Virus record (IMG/VR): IMGVR_UViG_3300022895_000025
Span: 1-26,116 of that record
Length of the DNA: 26,116 nucleotides
Origin: a virus
Lineage: Duplodnaviria; Caudoviricetes
Strand: one strand, 5' to 3'
This document shows positions 18,901 to 26,116 of the stretch, in pieces. The notes under the pieces are model-generated. The model saw only the letters and a program-made list of their open reading frames with translations. It had not been told where the DNA came from and ran no database searches. Each line of letters begins with the position of its first letter. The first letter of the stretch is position 1. The translations under genes were made by a program, and so were the position numbers.

Positions 18901-21900
18901 ACCTATTTGCGTCCCCGCATCAACGTAATCACCAATTTTAGCTATAGCTTTATCTAGATGGGCATAAAGATGTTTGAAATTGTTTGCATCTTGTACAACA
19001 ACGATATTTCCATAAGAGCCGTCATAGCCATTTTTAATAGCATCACCACTAGCTATTATTTTGCCTGCAACATTCGCATCTAAGCGAGTTCCTTTAGACC
19101 CTGAAATATCCATGCCTAAATGATTATCCGATTTGCCGGAAATCGGGTCTTTACGCCCTCCGTATGCGCTAGTAATTTTGCCAGTCCAACCGTTTAGATT
19201 AGTAGATGGAGAAGAAGAGGTGGACTTGCTTGTAATATTACCTGTTTGCTGAATTTTTCCTGAGGCAATCTGATTTTTTAAAGAAGCCTCTTGCTGTTGC
19301 ATCACACTAAGTTTTTCTTTTTCAAACTGAATTTGAGTTTCTAAAGCTCTTCGATACTCACTAGAATGTTCAGGAAGCTTAGACAGCAATTTTTGTTGTT
19401 TTTCAATTCCGAGATTTAACTCTTCTAGTTTTTGTTTGTATTTATCGGTTATGTATATTGATTGCGTTGTTGATTTATTAGCATTATTGTTTGCTTTTTG
19501 GGAATAGTCTTTAGCATCAATAAATTTATCAATTGAAGATATATTACTATCTAATTGTTTTTGATAGCTATTCAACTCATTTGTTAAATCTTCAACTTTA
19601 ATATCATTAGCAGCTTTGACCATTGAAGCTCGCATTGCTGCAAGGCCTTCAGCATCAGTCATTTTGGCGCCTTTATTTTGATTGTCGATAAATTGTTGTA
19701 AATACAAATTCGATGTTAAGAGAGCTTGGATTTCACTTTTCTTAATTTCAATTCTATCTTTTGTGGCTTTAGCAGCATCCACTGTCATTTGTTGCTCAGT
19801 AGTTAATTTACCTTCTCGTGCTAACTTATAAGCTTTTAATAATGTTTCATTTGCGTGGTTTTCAGCTTGAATGGCATTAATCTTTTCCTCACTTAACTTG
19901 ATTGCTTTACCGTCTTGGTCAAGTAGTATTGGATAAAGAGTATTTAAACTATTTAAAACTAAATCTCGAGAATTCAAAGTATCTACAAGATATTGTTCTT
20001 CAGCAGTTAATTTGCTTTTTTGATTTAGATTTCGAATCTCTTCTTCAGTAAATCCATTTAATCGATTTGTTAACATTTCATAATTAAATAAAAGATCAGA
20101 AGTATCATTTACTCTTTTCTGTGAAACTCCTGCTAGCTTTTCGTGAGTAGTCGTAAGATTCTCAACTTCATTTTTGTAGCCTTCTACTTTTGCTTTTGCT
20201 TCAGCAAATGTTAAATTGTTAACCTTCATTTCAACAGATAAATCTTTTTGTTTTTGAGTAGTATCTTCGTAATGTTGCTTTAAAGAACCCATAATACTAC
20301 TTACTTCTTTTTCACTTAAACCAAGCTTGGACAAATCAGTAGAAATACTGTTCATATTATCTTTAGTTTTATTTGCCATGGATTCAAAAGTTTCAGAAGT
20401 AGCATTCTCCATATTCTGGAACGAACCTACTATTTCATTGATAACGGAACTGGCGTTTTCATTTGAAAATAATGATGTTAAAGAATCCTGTAAATTGTCT
20501 AGGTCGTTTACATCGGCGGAAGCAATTAGCTGGGCAGCAAAACCTTCTGCATTGTTTTTAACACTATCCGTTAATCTATTATTCTCGTTGATAACATCAG
20601 CCATATTAGTAATATAGTCATTCTTTTGCGCTAATATTTCTCGTTTTAATTCTGCATCAGATTTGATAATAATATCTATTTGACCTTTTGCGATAGTACT
20701 TAATTCTTTATAATAATTTACTAGAGTTGTGTTACCATCTTTTTCAGCTTTTGATTGTAAATTATCTATTTCTTTAATTTTCTTTTCAAAATCTTCAGCA
20801 GATTTAAGGAGAGGTTTAAAATTATCATCATAAAATTTAACCTCCCCTACAATGAAGGAGCTGTTTGCTTGATGGCTAAGAATTCTTGCAGCTGAATCTA
20901 TGTTTGAATTGTGTGAGTCCTCAAGGTCAGAAATTGACTTTTTCCGAGTATCAATATCATCATTTCGCTTGTCTTGGGCTGCTATATTAGCAATTTCTGT
21001 TTCAATAGTTTGCTGTTCTTTAAGGAGTCCAATTTTCACTCTCAAAGCATCAGCTGAACCAATAATCTTATTCCCGAATTCGTCTTCTTGAGCGACGATG
21101 TTAGGTAGTATCTCACCAAGTCTATTAGAAATTTCTTGATATTCCGTCATAACAGAAGGGTCTGTATTTCCTAGCGCCATAGCATTTTCTAGTTGTGAAT
21201 ATTTTTCTAGCTGACTGTCAATTTCACTGGCATTCGAAGTATAAGATTTCAATATTTCTTGTTCTTCAGTTTTTAGTTCTTCTATCTTTTGTTTGGTTTT
21301 CTCTCTGTCTTCAATTATTTTATCGATAACAAAACCACCAACACTTAAACCGATTCCAACTAAATTGAATCCGAGTAATGCTCTACCACCAATGGCTGTA
21401 CCAGTGCCTAAAATATCTTGGCCAAGTGTTTTAAATGTAGAGGCGAGGCCAATACCATTCATAATGGAAGAGGCGAATGATGTAGAACTTTGAGCTGCTT
21501 CAGCCGTATTTTTCCCAAATGTCACTATACTTTGGTTCATCTTGTCAATTTGGTTTGAAATATCGGAAATGCCAGCTATATTTAAGCCTTCACCAAGTTG
21601 GATGTTGGTTAGTTGGGTATTTAAATCGGTAATTTGAGAAGCTAATTGTTCGAAGTTGGTAGTATTTGCATAGGCTTTTTGGAGTTCGTAGATATTATAT
21701 AAATTAGATTCTAAAGCTTGCAAATTTTGCTGCGTTTCTTGGATTCCATAGAGTTTAAAGTGATTTGTAGTGATTGTTTCCATTTCAACTTTCAATTGAG
21801 ACACTAAATTATTTAGAGATTGGAGATCGCCAGTAGGAATTCTGGCCAACTGTTTATAAGCGTCTTTAACATTTATGTTTAAATCATCAAACGTTTCATT

Positions 21901-22221
21901 AAGAGTATCTATAGATTTTAAAGAATCAGTAATTTGCTGCTTGAAATCTTTGAAAATGGAAAGGGGAGCGGATGATTCAGTTCCCACATTTTGCAGTTTC
22001 ACATTAAAAGCTTCTAATTGTTGTTCTAAAGCTTTTATTTGTTTTCCATATTCATTAAATATTTGAGCATTTGGTCCTTTAACGTCTAAATTAATAGTTA
22101 GATTGGGGATGTTTTTTAATTTTTTTAAGTATGTAGATATATTTTGTTTCGAGATTTTGTCGTTGATTCCTAGAGCGACTAGAAGCTCTGTTGGTTTTTT
22201 TTGTTCACCACCAGTACTCAA
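15907..22221 (-). CDS. Tape measure protein with internal M23 peptidase domain (architecture like SPbeta YomI/CwlP)
   Basis: 2104 aa, mostly coiled coil; hydrophobic Gly-rich segment at about 21320-21460; M23 motifs HLGMD and HLHYE at about 18810-19195; C-terminal LDTGG...HPDEVILN; precedes Dit. Confidence 0.92.
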   Translation of the reverse strand: MSTGGEQKKPTELLVALGINDKISKQNISTYLKKLKNIPNLTINLDVKGPNAQIFNEYGKQIKALEQQLEAFNVKLQNVGTESSAPLSIFKDFKQQITDSLKSIDTLNETFDDLNINVKDAYKQLARIPTGDLQSLNNLVSQLKVEMETITTNHFKLYGIQETQQNLQALESNLYNIYELQKAYANTTNFEQLASQITDLNTQLTNIQLGEGLNIAGISDISNQIDKMNQSIVTFGKNTAEAAQSSTSFASSIMNGIGLASTFKTLGQDILGTGTAIGGRALLGFNLVGIGLSVGGFVIDKIIEDREKTKQKIEELKTEEQEILKSYTSNASEIDSQLEKYSQLENAMALGNTDPSVMTEYQEISNRLGEILPNIVAQEDEFGNKIIGSADALRVKIGLLKEQQTIETEIANIAAQDKRNDDIDTRKKSISDLEDSHNSNIDSAARILSHQANSSFIVGEVKFYDDNFKPLLKSAEDFEKKIKEIDNLQSKAEKDGNTTLVNYYKELSTIAKGQIDIIIKSDAELKREILAQKNDYITNMADVINENNRLTDSVKNNAEGFAAQLIASADVNDLDNLQDSLTSLFSNENASSVINEIVGSFQNMENATSETFESMANKTKDNMNSISTDLSKLGLSEKEVSSIMGSLKQHYEDTTQKQKDLSVEMKVNNLTFAEAKAKVEGYKNEVENLTTTHEKLAGVSQKRVNDTSDLLFNYEMLTNRLNGFTEEEIRNLNQKSKLTAEEQYLVDTLNSRDLVLNSLNTLYPILLDQDGKAIKLSEEKINAIQAENHANETLLKAYKLAREGKLTTEQQMTVDAAKATKDRIEIKKSEIQALLTSNLYLQQFIDNQNKGAKMTDAEGLAAMRASMVKAANDIKVEDLTNELNSYQKQLDSNISSIDKFIDAKDYSQKANNNANKSTTQSIYITDKYKQKLEELNLGIEKQQKLLSKLPEHSSEYRRALETQIQFEKEKLSVMQQQEASLKNQIASGKIQQTGNITSKSTSSSPSTNLNGWTGKITSAYGGRKDPISGKSDNHLGMDISGSKGTRLDANVAGKIIASGDAIKNGYDGSYGNIVVVQDANNFKHLYAHLDKAIAKIGDYVDAGTQIGNIGASGRVTGPHLHYEVKNANGQRVDPTSYYTDAKNGATSSTSSAVDTTQQAIDQTRSELVSLQQQILNQKDLVEDLERGIIDSYLSSFENKKTTIDNLLETSDNRLRKLTVTSESYRKELDKQTAALNDKKKINQNEIAYLEGVIKSGTASKKVIDEYTQRLHELNNVNSEIDFTIWDVGTKKVESYMSKYEEQRQIQDNVIAYEKAKIEELDTSSARYVKTLVNISNAMKEKQNANLYELTQLKSLVNGNKLFGDALQSAKKRIEELTIGIKELQVDIQDSDFDILINIKTQSDEKINAIESEINRAELIRKMFDEGSADYVKYTKIILEQFEKKAQQHLVTRDALMEELKQRDITAERIKEVKKLLEDEHLAYLNATLSIKDYTKQIEEANKSQLKNIADNVINAYKEYIQERRDEHIKMLDDEIKRENERHEKIMKNLQDEMDLFRKNVEDKLRLIDRQESERDYNMQIDDMEKERDNLQAKYNLLLLDNSNEAKQKRKQLQEQLDKIDKDIAEKRHDRDIELQQQGLNDLLETKEEEINGKIELQEAEHENLINKINRETEYWEKHYNDLLNDERKFAQIREAILSKHFENVDADFKMYIENMINTMPLLEDTLDGTMQSVGTSIRQNVIDNLRNALELINEFNNSQISTDNGSLNFNPNTENGIETSKGSLSNGDLQVLLGKFLYDKVLPNASGKDKDSVRKMAEKLAKEGRDNDSTRFSKDGASFDESMKILTQADKDSLYDYFNSNKAILGDKYNSFIEQFINSISGNKHEGTNNGSNNQPSSLSKGDMQVMLGKFIYEKLVPDPSLNANTRTALKSKADYVAMQGRNNRSDISENVTFDSVKNTYTSAQIDQLKSFFNSNLSMIDNPTTRELLKKKIASLDTGGFMNWTGEGIDGKGGKAIIAHPDEVILNKADTKGLFDSINIMEKVMSSLSPFLSKFNPPQKISPITNEEIIHIQFGDIIGANKEQADTFGKTIVNRIKREKGGRF

Positions 22222-22251
22222 TCAATTTTCCCTCCTCATTAAATCAAATGA

Positions 22252-22291
22252 AAAATCAGCTACTAAGTTATTTAAGAGGGTAGCAGATTTT
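22252..22291 (-). terminator. Imperfect terminator-like hairpin upstream of the tape measure gene
   Basis: AAAATC-a-GCTAC pairs with GTAGC-a-GATTTT, with a 16-nt loop and a T-rich tail on the minus strand. Confidence 0.4.
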
Positions 22292-22419
22292 AATTTGTTT
22301 ATTTATTTTTTATATGACAATAAATTTCCTAAAATATTCAAATACCCTCCCAATAAGGTAGGGGAGTAGTTCAAAATTCTAATTTTCTTTTAGCATGATA
22401 TATTGAAATTAACAGGTTG

Positions 22420-22887
22420 TCATTTATGATTGAATTCTTCTTCTAACGTTAAGTATTTAATACTTAAATTCAGTCGTTTATTAATTTCATCTAAAACATT
22501 AGAAATTTCTTGGATTGTGAACATTTTCAGTAGGAACATCTCATACCAACCAATATCAACTAGTTCATTCATAGTAGAAAAATGAAGTTCAACTGATTTA
22601 TCTTTTAATTCAGCCTGTAAGTCGGTGAAATGTTTAATAATTAAAAATAAAATATAATTATTTAATTCATCATCATTGTTGAAAAAATCTAGCTTTTGCT
22701 GCTCTACATAGGACATCGTATTGGATAAATCATTGATTAAAATAGTTATTTTACGCTTACTAAATTTAGGGTAGTAATAAATAAATTTCCCTTGGTCTTT
22801 ATCAATGAAAAATTTTTGCTTTTTATTTAATTCTTCAGCATTCTTATGTATATCTGTCAAAGTTAATTTCGTCTCACGTTTTGTCAT
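22420..22887 (-). CDS. Putative tail assembly chaperone
   Basis: 155 aa, helical, between the tail tube and tape measure genes; RBS AAAGGAG. Confidence 0.6.
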   Translation of the reverse strand: MTKRETKLTLTDIHKNAEELNKKQKFFIDKDQGKFIYYYPKFSKRKITILINDLSNTMSYVEQQKLDFFNNDDELNNYILFLIIKHFTDLQAELKDKSVELHFSTMNELVDIGWYEMFLLKMFTIQEISNVLDEINKRLNLSIKYLTLEEEFNHK

Positions 22888-22911
22888 AGTACACTCCTTT
22901 ACTGATTTAAA

Positions 22912-22944
22912 AGTGAAAAGGGTAGAAAAAATCCTACCCTTTTT
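22912..22944 (-). terminator. Intrinsic terminator after the major tail gene
   Basis: AAAAGGGTAG (22916-22925) pairs with CTACCCTTTT (22934-22943). Confidence 0.8.
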
Positions 22945-22952
22945 AAATTAAT

Positions 22953-23951
22953 TTATACGATATCTACAATAATTTTTTCGCTGTAAGTACCATCTGTTAC
23001 TTCAATAATTGTTTGATCATTGACTTTTGGAGAAGATCCTAAAGTAACGACTCCATCTGCATTGACAGTTGCAACGGATGGAGACTTAGATGTCCAAGTT
23101 AAATCTTTGTTTTGTAGCAACACATTGCTATAGCCTGCCCCACGAATACCTAACACTGAAATTAGTTGTGAGTCTCCAGCGACTGTAGAATCAAGAACTA
23201 CATGAGATGGATTGGCAGCAAGTGCAGTAAATTGTACTTTTTCCTCAGATAAATTACGCAATTTAATATAAGCATAATTACCTTTTTTATCGGCAAGTGA
23301 ACTACCGGCTAGGGAAGAAGAAGCTACACCTTCATGTGTCATAGAAATTTCTACAGCACCATTCGGTTTGAAGTTGGGTACTTCAATAATTACTTCCCCA
23401 GTTTTTCCATTATTAGATCGAATATCTACGTTTAATTCCATACGAACCGCTTTAGGGAATGAGTCAGCTGAAATTTCAATTGTATCCATCATTTCCTGAA
23501 CGGCGTAGATAACCTGGATCTCTTTACCAGCTAATGCAGGGACACTAATTTCCTTACCAGTTGGCGTATATTGTGTGAACGTACCGTTTAGCTGCTCCAC
23601 ATGTACCTTACCTAGAGGAGTTTCAGCTAATGTACCTTTACCAGTAGCATCAAGTAAAATAATTTCATCTGTATAGTATTCAGCTAATTGATGATTGATT
23701 TCTGTACCATTTTGTAAAGCAATATATGCAGTATCAAAAGCAGCATCTTCAATAGAGAATGTTAATTCCTTTTGGTAGTTTAGCTCGTACACCTTTTTAG
23801 AGCCTTTACCAGCATGAATTGCCTGTGTTTGAATAGCTTGAGTCATAGATGAGTTAAGTAATGTTTTACCATTTAAAATTAATTCATCCGTTAAACGGTC
23901 AAATAAACGAACATTTGCTACTGAAGTTAAAAATTGATTTTGTTGTGACAT
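22953..23951 (-). CDS. Major tail (tube) protein with C-terminal Ig-like (Big_2) domain
   Basis: Position in the operon, downstream terminator and the LTWTSKSPSVATVNADGVVT Big_2 signature. ATG 23951 (MSQQ) fits the RBS better than 23963. Confidence 0.85.
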   Translation of the reverse strand: MSQQNQFLTSVANVRLFDRLTDELILNGKTLLNSSMTQAIQTQAIHAGKGSKKVYELNYQKELTFSIEDAAFDTAYIALQNGTEINHQLAEYYTDEIILLDATGKGTLAETPLGKVHVEQLNGTFTQYTPTGKEISVPALAGKEIQVIYAVQEMMDTIEISADSFPKAVRMELNVDIRSNNGKTGEVIIEVPNFKPNGAVEISMTHEGVASSSLAGSSLADKKGNYAYIKLRNLSEEKVQFTALAANPSHVVLDSTVAGDSQLISVLGIRGAGYSNVLLQNKDLTWTSKSPSVATVNADGVVTLGSSPKVNDQTIIEVTDGTYSEKIIVDIV

Positions 23952-23984
23952 ATAAATTACCATCCTTTTAGTTATAATTTTTAT

Positions 23985-24740
23985 TTAACTAGGTTCAAGA
24001 CCTAGTTTTTTCATTTGTTGATCAAATGCTGATTTTGTAATAATGACATCTTCGTTTTTCTTTGGTTCGTCAATAAAGCCTAACCAATGGGGGAGATCTT
24101 GGTCATTTTTAAATTCAATCATCCCAGAGTAGCGTGCGTTAAGAATGGCATCGCTACTTACCATATAGTCCATGCGTGATAATCCTTTATGGAATTGGTA
24201 TAAAGTTAAATGTTCAATTTCATGGTAGGGTAAACCAGATTTACAATGATAGGCAATTATTTGTTGCTCTAAATCTGCTTGTCTAGTTTTTCTTTTCGCC
24301 ATAAATGCACGTGCTTCTTGTATGGCTTTTTTTGTACCAGGATCAATAAAATCATCATCTAAGTCAATAAGATTTTGTTCACTAATAATGGTCTTGACTT
24401 TATCGAAATCTCGCTCATACAAAGTAATACCATCGATCTTCATAAAAACAATGCCTTTTTCATTCATCGAAATTTGAATATCCTCGGTTTTAAAAACTAA
24501 ACGGTATAATGAAATTAATTTCTCTACTATTTCATGCCCACCATCGTTTTGTGAAACGGAAATTAAAAAGAGTAAGTAGGACATTCTAATTATTTCTGGT
24601 TGTTGAAAATCGTTCTTAGGTAAAAGTAAACACTGCACAGCATCATAAAATTCATCTACATCCTTCATCTTTACAGGATAAATATTCAAACCTTTATAAT
24701 TAAGAGGTTTTCCAAAAGCCTTTTTGGTGGTGATGTTCAT
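23985..24740 (-). CDS. Putative tail assembly chaperone (gpGT-like C-terminus)
   Basis: 251 aa; the EIEHLTLYQF motif resembles chaperone C-termini; ATGA overlap with the upstream gene. Confidence 0.55.
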   Translation of the reverse strand: MNITTKKAFGKPLNYKGLNIYPVKMKDVDEFYDAVQCLLLPKNDFQQPEIIRMSYLLFLISVSQNDGGHEIVEKLISLYRLVFKTEDIQISMNEKGIVFMKIDGITLYERDFDKVKTIISEQNLIDLDDDFIDPGTKKAIQEARAFMAKRKTRQADLEQQIIAYHCKSGLPYHEIEHLTLYQFHKGLSRMDYMVSSDAILNARYSGMIEFKNDQDLPHWLGFIDEPKKNEDVIITKSAFDQQMKKLGLEPS

Positions 24741-25279
24741 GATCTATAACCTGTAGGTTGTTGTCCTGAGGGCATAATGTAACTCCAGCGATAACCAACA
24801 AAACCTTTTGGTAAATTGGTGATGGGGAGTCCACTATGGAATCTTAAATCCCCAAATTCTTCAATATCCTCTTGAAACAACACCTCATTTAGCACTTCAC
24901 CAAGCCAATCAATACGAAAATCAATATTATTGACAGAATCAGGTGTATAAATATCAAAAATATATTGCTGAGTGCTTGAGTAGGGATTATCCGTAAATTG
25001 ATTGATGTTTTTAAGATAATTTTTTTGGGGCAACCGAGGTCCTGTATATAAACAAATTCTACAAAAGTTTGTTTCTAGCGATAAATCACTAGGTTTATCA
25101 CCAATAACGATTAAATTTTTAAGTATATGTTCTTTCTCAGGTAATTGAGAGACATCCAATTTTGATTCGTCTAGTGGATCATCGAATTGATCTTTTGGTA
25201 TGTAGTACAGCAAACGTAGAAGCTTTTCATTATTTATTAATGAGTGATAAAATTCAGTTATGTTTTTTACAATGTTCAT
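24737..25279 (-). CDS. Putative tail terminator/completion protein
   Basis: 180 aa, first gene of the tail block; LLRLLYY...FDIY...GYRWSY alpha/beta pattern. Confidence 0.55.
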   Translation of the reverse strand: MNIVKNITEFYHSLINNEKLLRLLYYIPKDQFDDPLDESKLDVSQLPEKEHILKNLIVIGDKPSDLSLETNFCRICLYTGPRLPQKNYLKNINQFTDNPYSSTQQYIFDIYTPDSVNNIDFRIDWLGEVLNEVLFQEDIEEFGDLRFHSGLPITNLPKGFVGYRWSYIMPSGQQPTGYRS

Positions 25280-25314
25280 TCTCCTTTATCGCCTCCTAAA
25301 GAAGAGTGTAATTT

Positions 25315-25464
25315 TGAAGGTTTCATCATTAAAAATACTTCACATTCATTTATACATACAATAGACATCACCTTCTTTCATTTATTTATAAGGATTCATA
25401 CTAGCTTATTTAAACTGTGTGTATTAAAAGTCTAAGCAACTTAATGATGAAGATGAAACCTTCA
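25315..25464. repeat. Long-range inverted repeat in the tail-operon leader
   Basis: TGAAGGTTTCATC (25315-25327) is the exact reverse complement of GATGAAACCTTCA (25452-25464). It extends by ATTAA/TTAAT across a 6-nt bulge. Confidence 0.75.
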
Positions 25465-25467
25465 TGA

Positions 25468-25498
25468 TAGGTCTGTATAAGGAAGAAATACAGACCTA
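25468..25498. promoter_or_regulatory. Perfect 11-bp inverted repeat (hairpin or operator)
   Basis: TAGGTCTGTAT-N9-ATACAGACCTA, with no U-tract after it on the minus strand. Confidence 0.6.
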
Positions 25499-25540
25499 CT
25501 AGAAAATTTCATTTTTAATATGTATTTTAAATTAATTCGC

Positions 25541-26020
25541 TTATTGAACGGACTCTTCATCTAAATCCTCAATGCCAAGTGCAAGAGCTTCAAAATATGA
25601 GGTATTTGAAAATGTATTATGTCTGTTAGATCCTTTTTTTATTTCTTTCTGTTTATAATGGGAGAGTACGTAATTATCTTGTAATTGATGCGGTGTACTT
25701 TGATTTTTAAGTAATTTTGCTAATTCTCTCCGCCTTTTATTTCGCTTTTTAGCTTCCTTAATATATTTTAAATTTTCTTCTTCTAATAAAAGCTCTTCTC
25801 TAGTAAAATATCCTTTGGTCATATAATACCCAAGCATATCCAATAAAACGATCGTATGATGAGCTTGTGAGGTAATATTTAAATATATTTCTAAAGAGAT
25901 CTCTTCGCCTCCATAAACGATTTTCTCATTTTCTAATATTGATTGTATGTATTGAACTCGCTCTTCTATTGGAAGCTCTAGATTTAATTCAATTATCGTT
26001 TGTGGTAATTGTATTTTCAT
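25541..26020 (-). CDS. Hypothetical protein of probable phage origin; candidate regulator
   Basis: 159 aa, RBS GAAGGAG, basic patch AKKRNKRRR and an acidic C-terminus; no structural motifs recognised. Confidence 0.8.
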   Translation of the reverse strand: MKIQLPQTIIELNLELPIEERVQYIQSILENEKIVYGGEEISLEIYLNITSQAHHTIVLLDMLGYYMTKGYFTREELLLEEENLKYIKEAKKRNKRRRELAKLLKNQSTPHQLQDNYVLSHYKQKEIKKGSNRHNTFSNTSYFEALALGIEDLDEESVQ

Positions 26021-26116
26021 ATTAATTCTCCTTCTACTTATTAGGGTGACTAGTGTAGGTTATAATCCAAGTTTTTCGCCCAAACGTATGATGTATTTAT
26101 TTTTTACATTTTACAT

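Larger units (their letters stand above)
617..26020 (-). mobile_element. Phage-derived tail and lysis gene cluster (SPbeta-like siphovirus tail); head-less tailocin candidate or prophage late region
   Basis: Complete and apparently intact tail morphogenesis order plus lysis cassette; no head, packaging, sheath or integration genes in the window. Confidence 0.85.

Noticed and set aside
22222-22480. Programmed frameshift in the chaperone before the tape measure
   Set aside because: No clear slippery heptamer at the gene end and no long open frame in the gap.
15122-25279. Contractile system (R-type tailocin, PBSX-like, eCIS)
   Set aside because: No sheath or baseplate wedge genes; the Dit-Tal-BppU layout is siphovirus-type.
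364-25435. Short + strand ORFs in the ORF track (for example 364-546, 2562-2759, 7156-7446, 20327-20617, 22103-22369, 25244-25435) and the alternate-frame 17304-17522
   Set aside because: They overlap long, well-supported genes and read as antisense or alternate-frame shadows with no recognisable motifs.
26021-26116. LexA (GAAC-N4-GTTC) box or sigma-A promoter upstream of the 159-aa gene
   Set aside because: The best candidate (CAAACGTATGATGT) has several mismatches, and -35/-10 spacing is wrong for the TATAAC hexamer.

Overview
The window is AT-rich and looks like Bacillales DNA; the 21-bp GACGGATA repeat and the SLH-like endolysin suggest Lysinibacillus/Planococcaceae (inference). Almost all of it is one minus-strand operon encoding a long non-contractile (siphovirus-type) tail that resembles SPbeta. 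In transcription order it encodes a tail terminator-like protein, a chaperone, an Ig-domain tail tube, a second chaperone, a 2104-aa tape measure with an M23 peptidase, Dit, Tal and a DUF1617-like protein. Three large paralogous BppU-anchored fibre/receptor-binding proteins follow, then a lysis cassette (XhlA-like protein, phi LC3-type holin, M23 endolysin). No capsid, portal, terminase, head-tail connector, sheath or integrase gene is recognisable. The first tail gene is preceded directly by a structured 260-bp leader and an orphan 159-aa gene. The best hypothesis is a head-less, domesticated SPbeta-like tail particle (candidate F-type tailocin) with three modular adhesins: an RCC1-like propeller; three DUF6273-like domains plus internalin-like and BspA-like LRR segments; and about seven copies of an ~80-aa repeat plus one DUF6273-like domain. 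Family assignments come from motif recognition by eye, not database searches, and head genes beyond position 26116 cannot be excluded.
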